Shown: positions 47,649 through 58,419 of the stretch, piece by piece
Numbering within the stretch: position 1 is the first letter of the stretch
How the letters are laid out: each line of letters starts with the position of its first letter
Assembly: GCA_012839765.1 (NCBI GenBank)
Contig: DUMW01000031.1
Span: forward strand, 11,829-75,828
Length of the DNA: 64,000 nt
Direction of reading: 5' to 3'
DNA from: Bacillota bacterium
Lineage (GTDB): Bacteria; Bacillota; Limnochordia; DUMW01
Position numbers and translations under genes: made by a program
Notes under the pieces: generated by a model
Database searches by the model: none
Seen by the model: only the letters and a program-made list of their open reading frames with translations
What the model was told of the DNA's origin: nothing

Positions 47649-49304
47649 GTGAGATACACTATCGGCATAGATTTCGGGACGCAATCGGGACGCGCGCTTT
47701 TGGTGGAGGTGGAGACTGGCCGGGAATTGGCTTCGGCGGTCTATGAATATGCCAATGGGGTCATTGATGAAGTGCTGCCCCAGGGGAACATCCGGTTGGG
47801 TCCCGACTGGGCCCTGCAGGATCCCCGGGATTATCTGGAGGTGCTAAAGCGGACGGTGCCCGCGGTGATCAAAGAGGCTGGGGTGCGGCCTGCGGATGTG
47901 ATTGGCATCGGTATCGACTTTACCGCCTGCACCATCTTGCCCGTGGATCAGGCGGGGGTACCTTTGTGTATGAAACCCGCCTATAGGGACAACCCCCATG
48001 CCTGGGTGAAACTGTGGAAACATCATGCGGCCCAAGGGCAGGCTAACAGATTGAATCAATTGGCCCGGGACCGTAACGAGGAGTTTCTTGCCCGCTATGG
48101 CGGCACCGTCTCCTCCGAGTGGTTCTTTCCCAAGGTCTTGCAGATTATCGAAGAGGCGCCGGAGGTTTATGAAGCCGCGGACCGGATCCTGGAGGCCGCC
48201 GATTGGATCGTGTTGCAGTTGACCGGCGTGGAGGCCCGCAATGCCTGTACCGCTGGATACAAGGCCCTGTGGTCCCGACAGGAGGGGTATCCTTCCCGGG
48301 AGTTCTTGGCGGCCTTGCATCCTAAACTGGAGAACATCGTCCAGGAGAAGATGTCCGAGGACATCTATCCTGCGGGTAGCAAGGCCGGTTACCTTACCCC
48401 TGAGTGGGCGGAACTTATGGGATTAACCACCAACACGGCGGTGGCAGTGGGCGGTGTAGACGCCCATGTGTCGGTGCCTGCTGCCACAGTGACCGAGCCG
48501 GGGAAGATGGTGATGGTGATGGGAACTTCCATCTGCCACATGGTTCTGGGCACCGAGGAACGGTTCATCGAGGGTATGTGCGGGGTGGTGGAGGACGGGA
48601 TCCTTCCTGGTTACTTTGGCTATGAGTTGGGTCAGGCTGCGGTGGGGGACATCTTCGAGTGGTTTGTAAATAACTGTGTACCGGCCAGATATGAAGCGGA
48701 GGCCCAGGAGCGGGGGATCAACATTCACCAGTTCCTTACGGAGAAGGCGGCGGAGCTTGCGGTGGGGCAAAGTGGGCTTTTGGCCCTAGATTGGTGGAAT
48801 GGGAACCGCTCGATCCTGGTGGATGCGGACCTGTCAGGTATGATTATCGGGATGACTTTGAATACTAAGCCCGAAGAGATCTATCGTGCCCTGATCGAGG
48901 CTACGGCCTTCGGGACCCGGCGGATTATTCAGGCCTGTGAGGAGGCGGGGGTGGCCATTCAGGAGCTTTATGCCTGTGGGGGTTTGCCCCACCGAAATCC
49001 GTTGCTTATGCAGATCTACGCCGACGTCACCGGTCGGACCATCAAGGTGGCCCGAACCACCCAGGCGGGCGCGTTGGGGGCCGCCATGTTTGCCGCGGTG
49101 GCCGCGGGAAGCGAGGCCGGGGGCTATGATGATATCGTGGAAGCGGCAAAGAAGATGGCTCAGCTGAAGGATGAAGTCTTCATCCCCGACCCAAAGCGGC
49201 ATCGGGTATATACCCAGCTTTATGGGGAATACGAACAGCTGCATGACTACTTCGGCCGGGGCCAAAACGATGTGATGAAGAGGTTGCGCGTACTGCGGCG
49301 GTAG
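47649..49304 (+). CDS. araB: ribulokinase (FGGY family, Bacillus AraB type)
   Basis: [47 protein letters not shown]. Confidence 0.88.
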   Translation: MRYTIGIDFGTQSGRALLVEVETGRELASAVYEYANGVIDEVLPQGNIRLGPDWALQDPRDYLEVLKRTVPAVIKEAGVRPADVIGIGIDFTACTILPVDQAGVPLCMKPAYRDNPHAWVKLWKHHAAQGQANRLNQLARDRNEEFLARYGGTVSSEWFFPKVLQIIEEAPEVYEAADRILEAADWIVLQLTGVEARNACTAGYKALWSRQEGYPSREFLAALHPKLENIVQEKMSEDIYPAGSKAGYLTPEWAELMGLTTNTAVAVGGVDAHVSVPAATVTEPGKMVMVMGTSICHMVLGTEERFIEGMCGVVEDGILPGYFGYELGQAAVGDIFEWFVNNCVPARYEAEAQERGINIHQFLTEKAAELAVGQSGLLALDWWNGNRSILVDADLSGMIIGMTLNTKPEEIYRALIEATAFGTRRIIQACEEAGVAIQELYACGGLPHRNPLLMQIYADVTGRTIKVARTTQAGALGAAMFAAVAAGSEAGGYDDIVEAAKKMAQLKDEVFIPDPKRHRVYTQLYGEYEQLHDYFGRGQNDVMKRLRVLRR

Positions 49305-49353
49305 GATGCGATTTTAGGGTCTCTTCAAGTCTTCGGTAAAGGTGGTTGGGAAA

Positions 49354-50376
49354 ATGACAGAGCCAGTGCACAAGGGAGCAAAGGTTGTGGTGGTGGGTAC
49401 GGGGATGGTGGGCGCTAGCTTTGCCTATACCGCGGTGATGAAGGGATTAATCTCTGAGCTAGTGCTCATTGACCTGGATCGCGATCGGGCCGAGGGGGAG
49501 GCCATGGATCTGAACCATTCCCTACCCTTCGCTTCCCCGATGAAGATCTACGCGGGGGATTACCCTGACTGCGCCGATGCCCAGATCATTGTGATTTGTG
49601 CCGGGGCCCCGCAGAAGCCGGGGCAGACTCGGTTGGATTTGGCCAAAACCAATACCCAGATCATGAAGGACATCGTCCAACGGATTACCCGGTATAACAA
49701 CGACACTATTTTACTGGTGGCCAGTAATCCGGTGGACGTTCTTACCTATGCGGCCATCGAGTACTCTGGCTTCTCACCCCGGCGGGTTATTGGTTCTGGG
49801 ACGATCTTGGATACGGCCCGTCTTAGATACCTGATCGCCGAACAGATGGGCCTTGATCCCCGTAGTGTCCATGCCTACGTGATCGGAGAACACGGGGACT
49901 CGGAGTTGGTGGTGTGGAGTTCGGCTAATATCGCGGGGATTCGCATCCAGGATTTTTGTCCCGTCTGTCGGTCCTACTACAACGGTCCGATCCTGGAGGA
50001 GATCTTCCATAATGTCCGCAATGCGGCCTATGAAATCATCAAGCGCAAGAAGGCTACCTATTACGGTATTGCCATGGGCCTGCACCGCATTGTGGAGTCG
50101 ATCCTGTTGGACCAGGGTTCTGTTTGGACCGTGTCTACTTTAGTCAATGACTACTATGGGGTGAACGATGTCTGTCTGGGGATGCCCGCGGTGATTAACA
50201 GTACCGGTATTGATAAGATCCTAAGGATTCCCCTAAACGAGGAAGAGGAAAAGCTGTTCAAGGCCTCCGCGGAGATTGTGAAAGAGGTTACCTACGGGGC
50301 CTTGGGCCGGAGTCAGGAGAGGACCAACGGCACCTTAGACAGCTATGTCTTGGACAACCCAAGGGCCGATCAGTGA
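49354..50376 (+). CDS. ldh: L-lactate dehydrogenase
   Basis: GTGMVG, GAPQKPGQTRLDL (Gln specificity residue), NPVD, GEHGDS, KKATYYGIA. Confidence 0.92.
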   Translation: MTEPVHKGAKVVVVGTGMVGASFAYTAVMKGLISELVLIDLDRDRAEGEAMDLNHSLPFASPMKIYAGDYPDCADAQIIVICAGAPQKPGQTRLDLAKTNTQIMKDIVQRITRYNNDTILLVASNPVDVLTYAAIEYSGFSPRRVIGSGTILDTARLRYLIAEQMGLDPRSVHAYVIGEHGDSELVVWSSANIAGIRIQDFCPVCRSYYNGPILEEIFHNVRNAAYEIIKRKKATYYGIAMGLHRIVESILLDQGSVWTVSTLVNDYYGVNDVCLGMPAVINSTGIDKILRIPLNEEEEKLFKASAEIVKEVTYGALGRSQERTNGTLDSYVLDNPRADQ

Positions 50377-50395
50377 CGGCCCTTGGGTGGAAAAC

Positions 50396-52105
50396 CTAGC
50401 CTTGCAGTTTCCTCAAGTTTGACAACTCTGTGCTGACGAAGTCCATCAATTCTGCCAGGACCGGTTCCGAGAAGGCGAACTGGATCTCCGCGGCCTGGTA
50501 GATCTCCAACAGGGGCCTTGAGCCGCCTAAGGACAGGGCACGTTTGTAGTTTTCGATGGCCCGGCGGGGATCCTCTTTGTATTGTCGCCACAGCTGCAGG
50601 GCTCCCAGCTGGGCAATGGCGTATTCGATATAATAAAAGGGGTTGCCAAAGATGTGGCTTTGGGCCTTCCACGCGTGGCTCAGTTCCCGTTCAAGCCCAG
50701 ACCAGTCGGTATAGTGATGGCTGAACTGGGACGCGATTTCCCGGAATTTCTCATTGCGCTCCTGGGCTGTGTGCTCAGGATGCAGGTAGAGCCAGTGCTG
50801 GAAACGGTCCACGGTGACGGCCCAGGGCAAGAATTTGATCACATCTTCCAGTTGATCAATTTGCGCCCGGATCAGGTCCTGTTCCTTATAGAACCGGCCC
50901 CAGTGCTCCATGGTCAAAAACTCCATAGACATGCTGGCAAATTCCGCCGCCTCCATGGGCGCATGCTTATACCGGGCTAAGGGATGGTGGGCTGCTAGCT
51001 TGTTGTGGATGGCATGGCCACACTCATGGACTAGGGTGATCAGGTCCTGATGGGTGCCGGTGCAGTTCATGAAGATGAAGGACCGATTGGAGATCGGTAG
51101 GTCGCAACAAAAGCCGCCGGGAGCTTTCCCCACCCGGGGCACCAGGTCCAAGGTGTGGTTCTCCTGCAGATCCTTTAGTACTTCCGCAAAGAGGGGATCC
51201 AGGCGGTGGAGGATCTCCTTGGTCCCTTCCACGAGCTCTTCCACCTCGGTGAAGGGGATCAAAGGCTTTTGGCCCTGGGGAGTGCCTTGGATATCCCACG
51301 GCCGGTATTCGGTAAGTCCTAGTTTTTCTTGATGTCGTTTTTCCACTTCGTCCTTCAGGGGGACGACGCATTTTTTCACCGCCTCATGGAACCGAAGACA
51401 ATCCTCGGGGGTGTAGGAGAAACGTTCATAGACTCTGAACATGTATTCTCGGTAATCTGCTAACCCCGCATTTACCGCCATCCGATGGCGCAGCTGCACC
51501 AGCTGGTCCATAATCCCATCGAGTTTTTCCCAATCCTGGCTACGGCGGGCGGTGGTCTTCTCCCACGCGGCTTTGCGGACTTGTCGGTCGGGGTCCTTCA
51601 GGAACATGGTCATCTCCGGCAGGGTCTTTTCCTGGCCCTCCCAAATGATGGTAGTGTTCCCAATGGTAACTGCATATTCATCGGACAGGGCCGTTTCCTG
51701 GACCATCAGTTCGATGTTCTCCTCCCGGAACAGCTCCACCGCCACGGCTTTACTCTGAAGGAGAATCTCGTACTTCCTTTTCTCCAGCTCTTCCCGATAG
51801 GGACTATCCCAGAATTTTCTGTCCAGCAAAGCCTCGTACTTCTTCAACAGGGGGATGACTTTGGTCTGATTGAACTGATGACGTTGGGCAATGGCTTCAT
51901 CGTTGCTGTAACAGTTGAAGAGGATGTAATCGCCGTTGAGTACTTCGCCAATGGCCTCCATGAGTTTGCTTTCCTCAAGTAAGTACTTCTCCAAATCTTC
52001 CACGGAGGTGATTTCCCGTTCCACTAGGTTCCGCAGTTGCTCCTCTAGCGCGGCCAGATCCTCCAGGGAGATCAACTCTTGATAAAACTTCTTTCTTTCC
52101 GACAT
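50396..52105 (-). CDS. M3-family oligoendopeptidase (PepF-like)
   Basis: GKAPGGFC, HECGH, EAAEFAS, FYYIEYAIAQLGALQ. Confidence 0.9.
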   Translation of the reverse strand: MSERKKFYQELISLEDLAALEEQLRNLVEREITSVEDLEKYLLEESKLMEAIGEVLNGDYILFNCYSNDEAIAQRHQFNQTKVIPLLKKYEALLDRKFWDSPYREELEKRKYEILLQSKAVAVELFREENIELMVQETALSDEYAVTIGNTTIIWEGQEKTLPEMTMFLKDPDRQVRKAAWEKTTARRSQDWEKLDGIMDQLVQLRHRMAVNAGLADYREYMFRVYERFSYTPEDCLRFHEAVKKCVVPLKDEVEKRHQEKLGLTEYRPWDIQGTPQGQKPLIPFTEVEELVEGTKEILHRLDPLFAEVLKDLQENHTLDLVPRVGKAPGGFCCDLPISNRSFIFMNCTGTHQDLITLVHECGHAIHNKLAAHHPLARYKHAPMEAAEFASMSMEFLTMEHWGRFYKEQDLIRAQIDQLEDVIKFLPWAVTVDRFQHWLYLHPEHTAQERNEKFREIASQFSHHYTDWSGLERELSHAWKAQSHIFGNPFYYIEYAIAQLGALQLWRQYKEDPRRAIENYKRALSLGGSRPLLEIYQAAEIQFAFSEPVLAELMDFVSTELSNLRKLQG

Positions 52106-52249
52106 ATTTCTTCCTCCCCTTTCTCCCTTACGTGACTAGTACGACGGATTTTGGCAAAATCCTTTGGGGCCCTCACCAAGGATAGAAAGCAGCCCAACCT
52201 TGCAAAATGGGACTTACCAGACAATTCTTGCAGGAAAGGGGATAGGGTT

Positions 52250-53146
52250 ATGGAAAAAAGAAAACATACTACTACGAAAGAAGGGGTTTCCTTGACTTGG
52301 AAGCAGCTGGGAGGGATCGTGGCGGTTCTCATCTTACTTGTGGCCTGTTTACATAGGACGTCCGGGCCCCTGCCTGCCCTTTCGGGAAGCTTCCTACAGG
52401 AGCTGCCCCAGGAACCTGTCACCACCCTTACGGTGATGACTTATAACATCAACTATGGGCGTGACAGTGACGGTACTTTGGATCTGGAGGCCACCCAACG
52501 GGCGATGATCCAAGGGGGTCTGCCGGATTTGATCGGCCTGCAGGAGGTGGATGTCCGGTATGCCCGGCGCTCCTTGCATGAGGATCAAGTGCGGACCCTG
52601 GCCGAAGGATTGGGTATGTATTACGCCTATGGCCCGGCCCTGTCCCGGATCTGGAACGGCTATTTCGGCAATGCCCTGTTGAGCAAATACCCCATTGTAG
52701 AGGTGTCCAATCACCGGTTGCCCCAGATTGGTACGCAGGAGGATCGGTCTTTCCTCCATGCGGTGGTGGATGTGCCGGGGTTCGGCCTGGTGAACGTGAT
52801 CGTGACCCATCTGGGGCTGAAGGCCCAGGAACGGTTGAGCCATGTCCAAACGATCTTGGAATACACCACCAGGCTTGAGGGGCCGGTGATCCTCTTGGGG
52901 GATTGGAATGCGGAAAGGGAAGATTCCCTGTGGCTTTTGGAGGAACACTATGTGGATGCCGGCCGCCTGTTTGATCCCCAAGGGAGTACCTTCCCCAGTT
53001 CTTCCTCCACCGGGGCCCGGATCGATCGCGTCTATCTTTCCCCTGATCTTGTACCCAAGGCTTATCAGGTCATCGATGCCCAAGCATCGGATCACCGCCC
53101 GGTGGTGGTAAAACTAGAAAAGGTTAATCCTGAAGATCGGCATTAG
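52250..53146 (+). CDS. endonuclease/exonuclease/phosphatase family protein with N-terminal membrane anchor
   Basis: MTYNI, LQEVD, GNALLS, THL, LGDWN, RIDRV, SDHRP; start ATG 52250. Confidence 0.88.
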   Translation: MEKRKHTTTKEGVSLTWKQLGGIVAVLILLVACLHRTSGPLPALSGSFLQELPQEPVTTLTVMTYNINYGRDSDGTLDLEATQRAMIQGGLPDLIGLQEVDVRYARRSLHEDQVRTLAEGLGMYYAYGPALSRIWNGYFGNALLSKYPIVEVSNHRLPQIGTQEDRSFLHAVVDVPGFGLVNVIVTHLGLKAQERLSHVQTILEYTTRLEGPVILLGDWNAEREDSLWLLEEHYVDAGRLFDPQGSTFPSSSSTGARIDRVYLSPDLVPKAYQVIDAQASDHRPVVVKLEKVNPEDRH

Positions 53147-53185
53147 GCGCGTACAAGGGTCTTTTCCTTCGCGGCTTTTTACTAT

Positions 53186-53806
53186 TCACTTCCCCGTGAG
53201 GAAGAAGACTGCCAACTGGGTGCGATCGCGCAGCCCTAGTTTTTCCAGGATCGTGCTTAGATAGTTGCGTACCGTCCCTTCGCTCAGGTGCAGAGTCTGA
53301 GCGATCTCTTTGTTGCTTAATCCCTGAGCCACCAGTTCAATGATCCGTTGTTCCCGTTCGGTGATGTCAAACTGGCGGAGATCCCTTGGTCTGTCCTCCT
53401 TTAGAAGGGTAGGCAGTTTGGTGATGATGGCCTCCCCGAAGACGCTTTGGCCTCGATGGACCGCCTTCAGCGCGGGTACAATCCCTTCGAAATCCTGTTT
53501 GAGGATATATCCCTTGGCGCCCAGTTTGAGGGCTTGGAGGATATATTCATCATCGGAAAAGGTGGTGAGAAACAGGATCCGGGCCTGGGGATGGTGGCGC
53601 AGGATTTCTTGGCAAGCGGTCAGTCCCGAGGTCCCCTTCATCCGGATGTCCATCAGTAGGACATCGGGCTGTAGTTTGGAGAAAAGCGCGATGGCCTGTT
53701 GGCCGTCGTAACCTACTCCCACCACTTCCAGGTCTGGGTTTGCCTCCAGGATGGTCTTCAATGCTTGGCACACCAGGGGGTCGTCATCGATGATGAGAAC
53801 CTTCAC
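53186..53806 (-). CDS. NarL/LuxR-family response regulator
   Basis: IIDDD, LMDIRM, LTTF, YILK; LuxR HTH (GLSNKEIA..L..SEGTVRNY). Confidence 0.95.
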   Translation of the reverse strand: MKVLIIDDDPLVCQALKTILEANPDLEVVGVGYDGQQAIALFSKLQPDVLLMDIRMKGTSGLTACQEILRHHPQARILFLTTFSDDEYILQALKLGAKGYILKQDFEGIVPALKAVHRGQSVFGEAIITKLPTLLKEDRPRDLRQFDITEREQRIIELVAQGLSNKEIAQTLHLSEGTVRNYLSTILEKLGLRDRTQLAVFFLTGK

Positions 53807-54890
53807 GGGTTTTGCCTCCCTTCGGAATGGAGATAAAGATCCTAAAGCCCCCCTCTTGGTCGATGGTCATTTGACCCTGCAGGGTCTGAACCCGTTCCAG
53901 CATACTCTTTAGACCCAGTCCCTGTCCAGTATCCGGACGGGCCCCAGCACCGTTATCCTGCAGGATGAGCTGATAGAGGGCCGGGTGTTCCAAAAGCATG
54001 AGGGTGGCTTGGGTAGCCCCGGAGTGACGCATGATATTGTTCAAGCCCTCTTTGATCACCGCCAGGAAACAATAGGCGATGTCCTTCGACGGCTCCCTTT
54101 CCAAGCGATAGTCCAGGCGAATGGGGCAGAAGGTGAACTCCTGGACCAAGGCTTCCACCTGGGTCCGCAGTTCGAAGGATTCAGCGTGCAGATCATGGAC
54201 GCTTTTTCGCATCTGTTCCATGGCCTGGGCGAGGGTGTCTTTGATCATTGTTAAGCTTTCTTGGTGGGGGCCGTGGGGTTTTGTGACCAGTAAAGCACCT
54301 ACCTGCAAAAGACATCGGGAAAGAAGATGTCCCACATGATCATGGATCTCCCGGGCGATGCGGCTTCGTTCGTTTAAGGTAGCCAGGCGAATTTCGTAAT
54401 CCTGTTTAGCTAACAGCTCTTGGTTTTGACGTTGGAGCAACAGGGTTAGCTCATGGGCGTTGTCTCGGAGGGTCCTGGCCATCTTATCGTTCTTTTCTAG
54501 GGCCACGGTGTAATAGGCCAATAGATAGCTTACCCCCAGTAAAGCCCCCACCGAGAGTCCTGTGGCCACCGGCAGATTGACCACCGTTACGCCGAAAGCA
54601 CCGATGACGGCCAGAAGCCAGCCCGGTCGGTCCGTGGCCTGGAACATCACTAGGGCGTCATAGCACACCAAGGGGACAAATAGGCCGAAAGGGGGCCAGA
54701 GCATGCAGGCGAGGATGTACAGGCCCAAAGTGACACCAAGGACGGGCTTTGCTTGCAGATAACCATTTAACGCGCTGCTGGTCAAGGCCGCAAGGAGCGC
54801 CACCACTGCGCTCACATCCTCCGCTTGTCCTGGCAGCAGGGTAATACAGCAGGCCAGCAATACTAGCCGCAGCAAGACTCCCATGATCAC
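53784..54890 (-). CDS. membrane sensor histidine kinase (HisKA_3 type)
   Basis: Several TM segments, ERSRIAREIHD.VGH, EGLNNIMRHS, DNGAG, GLGL. Confidence 0.92.
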   Translation of the reverse strand: MIMGVLLRLVLLACCITLLPGQAEDVSAVVALLAALTSSALNGYLQAKPVLGVTLGLYILACMLWPPFGLFVPLVCYDALVMFQATDRPGWLLAVIGAFGVTVVNLPVATGLSVGALLGVSYLLAYYTVALEKNDKMARTLRDNAHELTLLLQRQNQELLAKQDYEIRLATLNERSRIAREIHDHVGHLLSRCLLQVGALLVTKPHGPHQESLTMIKDTLAQAMEQMRKSVHDLHAESFELRTQVEALVQEFTFCPIRLDYRLEREPSKDIAYCFLAVIKEGLNNIMRHSGATQATLMLLEHPALYQLILQDNGAGARPDTGQGLGLKSMLERVQTLQGQMTIDQEGGFRIFISIPKGGKTREGSHHR

Positions 54891-54943
54891 GTCTCCTTTG
54901 TTACCAGATTAGCATATCCCCCGGTGGGGGGCAATTTCTCCTG

Positions 54944-54955
54944 TGACAATTGTCA
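54944..54955. promoter_or_regulatory. perfect palindrome, candidate response regulator site
   Basis: TGACAATTGTCA between the divergent HK and ABC genes. Confidence 0.55.
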
Positions 54956-55037
54956 TGGAAGCTTTTGATCTTCGTTACTTCTTAGGAAGGCTGCCTTTTA
55001 GTAGAATGGGGCTAGGTAAGGAAAAGGAGGAGCAACT

Positions 55038-55970
55038 ATGCTGGTACGGGTGGAAAACTTGGTGAAACGCTACGGCAATGTGCTGGCCCTGGACCACTTT
55101 AACCTCCAGGTGAAAAGGGGAGAGATTGTGGGCCTTCTGGGACCTAACGGGTCCGGTAAGACCACGGCCATCAACTGCATCTTGGCTTTGTTGAAATATG
55201 ATAAGGGCACCATTGAAGTCTTTGGGCAGCCCATGCGGCCCGATGCCTATGAGATTAAGCAGAGGATCGGGATTGTGATGCAAAACGTGGCGGTCTTTGA
55301 TGAATTGCGGGTGGAAGAAAACGTAGACTACTTCTGCGGCCTTTATGTGCAGGACGCGGCGACCCGGAAGAAACTGGTGCAGGAGGCCATCGAGTTTGTG
55401 GGACTCGACGACTTCCGGCGGACCTATCCCCGGAAGCTTTCGGGGGGCTTGCTTCGCCGACTGAACATTGCCTGTGGCATTGCCCACCGACCGGAACTGT
55501 TGATCCTGGACGAACCCACGGTGGCGGTGGATCCCCAAAGTCGTAATAAAATCCTGGAGGGGATCAAGGAGCTGAACCGCCATGGTACCACTGTCATCTA
55601 CACCTCCCACTACATGGAGGAGGTGGAGCAACTGTGCACCCGGGTGGTGATCATGGATCAGGGGAAGACCGTGGCCGAAGGGACCACCGAGGAATTGAAA
55701 GGGATGATCAACCACGGGGAGCGCATCAATGTTGAAGTCTATTTCCTCCCCCCCGAAGATCTAGCCCAGATCCGGCAACTGCCCAATGTGACCCGGGCCA
55801 CCTTCGCGGATAATCATCTTTTGGTGCACTTTGAAGGGGGGCAGCACAATTTGCTCCACCTATTGGATTACCTCAAGTCCCGGGAGATCTCCTTCAATCG
55901 GGTGTTTTCCACCCAGCCTACTTTGAACGACGTGTTTCTAGAGATCACCGGCCGCCAACTGCGGGATTAG
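55038..55970 (+). CDS. ABC exporter ATP-binding protein
   Basis: GPNGSGKT, LSGG, ILDEPT, SHYMEE. Confidence 0.95.
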   Translation: MLVRVENLVKRYGNVLALDHFNLQVKRGEIVGLLGPNGSGKTTAINCILALLKYDKGTIEVFGQPMRPDAYEIKQRIGIVMQNVAVFDELRVEENVDYFCGLYVQDAATRKKLVQEAIEFVGLDDFRRTYPRKLSGGLLRRLNIACGIAHRPELLILDEPTVAVDPQSRNKILEGIKELNRHGTTVIYTSHYMEEVEQLCTRVVIMDQGKTVAEGTTEELKGMINHGERINVEVYFLPPEDLAQIRQLPNVTRATFADNHLLVHFEGGQHNLLHLLDYLKSREISFNRVFSTQPTLNDVFLEITGRQLRD

Positions 55971-55982
55971 GGAGGGGTAGGA

Positions 55983-57125
55983 ATGTTTGCCTTTTTGTAC
56001 TTTTACCGCCTGAAGTGCCTGCTGCGTGACCGGATGCTGGTTTTTTGGACTTTGCTCTTTTCTTTGGTGTTGGCCACCCTGTTTTATTTTGCCTTCGGAC
56101 GGTTGACCACGGAATTTGAGCGCTTTGAGCCCATCAAAGTGGCCGTAGTGGATAACCCAGCATACAGGACCCAGGTGGCCTTTCGGGATCTTTTGGATAA
56201 CCTCTCCCAGTCGGGGGAGCAGCAGCTTTTGGACTTGGCGGTGGTGGATGAAGCCACAGCAGAAAAGATGTTGGAGGAAGACAAAGTGGTGGGCCTGATC
56301 CGGGTAACCGATGGTCTGGAGTTGGTGGTGAAGGGGCCCGGACTTAAACAAAGCATCCTGAAAGGGATCCTTGATCAGTACCTCCAGACCGGAGAGACGG
56401 TGACAAGAATTGTGAAGGAAAACGCCGGGGTATTGAATGAACTTTTGGCGGGCCTGGGCAACCAGCAGGAGTACACCCGCCAGGTGGCCTATTCCGACGC
56501 GGTGCCCGAGACCGTGCTCACTTATTTCTATGCCTTGATTGCCATGACGTGCCTTTACAGCGGGTTTTGGGGCCTGCGGAACACTAAAGACATCCAGGCG
56601 GATCTATCGCCCGAGGGTGCCCGCCGCAGTGTGGCCCCTACCCATAAACTGCAGGTGGTTCTGGCGGATACCGCGGCGGTGGTGACCGCTAGTTTCGGGG
56701 AAGTCTTAATTCTGCTAGCCTATATGGCCTTGGGGCTGGGGATCCAGTTCGGCAGTGAAACGGGCTACGTACTGCTGACCTGTTTTGCCGGCTGTCTTGT
56801 CGGGGTGTCTTTGGGTAATCTTATCGGTACCGTTCTTCCCGGTGGGGAGGGGGTTAAGGTGGGGGTTCTCATCGGGGTTAGCATGTTGATGAGTTTCCTC
56901 AGCGGGTTGATGTATGTGGAGATGAAACACATTGTGGACCGCTCGCTTCCCTTTTTGTCCCTCATTAATCCGGCGGCCCTGATCACCGATGCCTTTTACA
57001 GTCTTTACGTTTACGATACCCATCGGCGCTTTTTCATGAACATCGGGATGCTGTTGCTGCTTTCTTTGGTGATGAGCTTGGTGAGCTTTTTCTGGCTGAG
57101 GAGGGAACGGTATGCAAGTATTTAA
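55983..57125 (+). CDS. ABC-2 type exporter permease
   Basis: N-terminal TM, large extracellular loop, C-terminal TM bundle (FLSGL, INPA). Confidence 0.85.
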   Translation: MFAFLYFYRLKCLLRDRMLVFWTLLFSLVLATLFYFAFGRLTTEFERFEPIKVAVVDNPAYRTQVAFRDLLDNLSQSGEQQLLDLAVVDEATAEKMLEEDKVVGLIRVTDGLELVVKGPGLKQSILKGILDQYLQTGETVTRIVKENAGVLNELLAGLGNQQEYTRQVAYSDAVPETVLTYFYALIAMTCLYSGFWGLRNTKDIQADLSPEGARRSVAPTHKLQVVLADTAAVVTASFGEVLILLAYMALGLGIQFGSETGYVLLTCFAGCLVGVSLGNLIGTVLPGGEGVKVGVLIGVSMLMSFLSGLMYVEMKHIVDRSLPFLSLINPAALITDAFYSLYVYDTHRRFFMNIGMLLLLSLVMSLVSFFWLRRERYASI

Positions 57126-58281
57126 AGCCTATCTGAAGGTAATCCGTAGTTCCATAGGTTCCTTGGTAATTCCCTTTGGGGTCTTTCTGAGCATCGCCCT
57201 GCTGGTGGGCCCCGCGGAGGAGGCGACCCAGTATTTCACTCCCACCAAGGTCCCCATCGCCGTGATTAACCGGGATACCGAGGGAATTGTTGCCCAGGGA
57301 TTGGTGGACTATCTAGACCAGACCTTTCGGTTAATGTCCTATCCCGATGACCCCCAGCTTTTGCAGGATGCGCTTTTTTATCGCAGTGTGGAATATGTGG
57401 TTATCATTCCTGCAGGGTTTTCCGCAGGTTTCCTGGCTGGTGAAAAGGTGCAGATCGAAAAGGTGATTGTGCCCGCCTCCTCCACCAGTTTCTACGTAGA
57501 CCTGGCGGTAAACAGGTTTCTCAATACTCTGCGGTTATACCGGGACTATGGCCCCCAGGGTTCCCCGGGACAACTGGTTCAGGCGACCCTCGGGGACTTA
57601 CGGGTGGAAACCCGGGTAAGCCTTTACGGGGAGGGGCCCTCCAGCACTGTCGACAAGCCCTATTCCTTCTATTTCCGCTACAGTGCCTATGCTTTGTTGG
57701 GTATGATCACCATGGGCGTCAGTACGGTGATGCTGGCCTTTAACCGACGGGACCTGCTTTTACGCAACTACTGTGCGCCCCTACCCCGGCGGCAGATGCA
57801 CCTGCAATTGTTCCTGGGCCATGGAGTCTTTGCTTTGGGTTCTTGGATACTGGTTTTCTTGCCGGGTCTGCTCCTTTATGGTCGGAAGAGCCTTCTTCCC
57901 ATGAACCTGTTGGGGTTGTATGCCCTGAATACAGTAATCTTTGCGGTGGTTTGTGCCACCATTGGTTTTATGGTGGGTAGCCTTGTGAAGAACCGCAACA
58001 TTCAGCCGGGAGTGGTGAACGTTCTTTCTATAGGCATGAACTTCCTGGGCGGAGTCTTCGTTCCCCAGGCCTTCATGAGCGACTCGGTCCTGGCGGTGGC
58101 CCGATTCCTGCCGTCCTATTGGTTTGTCCGGGCCTGTGATCTAACCGCAAGCCTCACCAAGCTCAATCCTAGCACCCTCCGGCCTATCTACGGCAGTATG
58201 TTGATCCAATTGGGGTTTGCGGTGGCGATCTTCTCCGTGACTTTGCTGCTGACCAAGGAACGCAAGCTGTCCCAGTTTTAG
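57112..58281 (+). CDS. ABC-2 type exporter permease
   Basis: Same topology; FLGGVFVP, ARFLPSYW. Confidence 0.85.
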   Translation: MQVFKAYLKVIRSSIGSLVIPFGVFLSIALLVGPAEEATQYFTPTKVPIAVINRDTEGIVAQGLVDYLDQTFRLMSYPDDPQLLQDALFYRSVEYVVIIPAGFSAGFLAGEKVQIEKVIVPASSTSFYVDLAVNRFLNTLRLYRDYGPQGSPGQLVQATLGDLRVETRVSLYGEGPSSTVDKPYSFYFRYSAYALLGMITMGVSTVMLAFNRRDLLLRNYCAPLPRRQMHLQLFLGHGVFALGSWILVFLPGLLLYGRKSLLPMNLLGLYALNTVIFAVVCATIGFMVGSLVKNRNIQPGVVNVLSIGMNFLGGVFVPQAFMSDSVLAVARFLPSYWFVRACDLTASLTKLNPSTLRPIYGSMLIQLGFAVAIFSVTLLLTKERKLSQF

Positions 58282-58294
58282 GGTGGCTTTCTAG

Positions 58295-58327
58295 AGGCAA
58301 GCCTTTTGTGCAGGGCTTGCCTTTATT
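58295..58327 (+). terminator. intrinsic terminator after ABC operon
   Basis: AGGCAAGCCTT/AGGGCTTGCCT stem plus TTATT. Confidence 0.6.
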
Positions 58328-58356
58328 CTAAGGCGGTTTTCCTCTATTGTTCTGAA

Positions 58357-58385
58357 TTGTGTCGGCGACGAAAAGTTGGTATACT
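58357..58385 (+). promoter_or_regulatory. sigmaA promoter of small membrane protein gene
   Basis: TTGTGT-17 bp-TATACT with extended -10 TG. Confidence 0.55.
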
Positions 58386-58419
58386 ATTGACAGCACTTTC
58401 CATATAAGGAGGAAATGAG

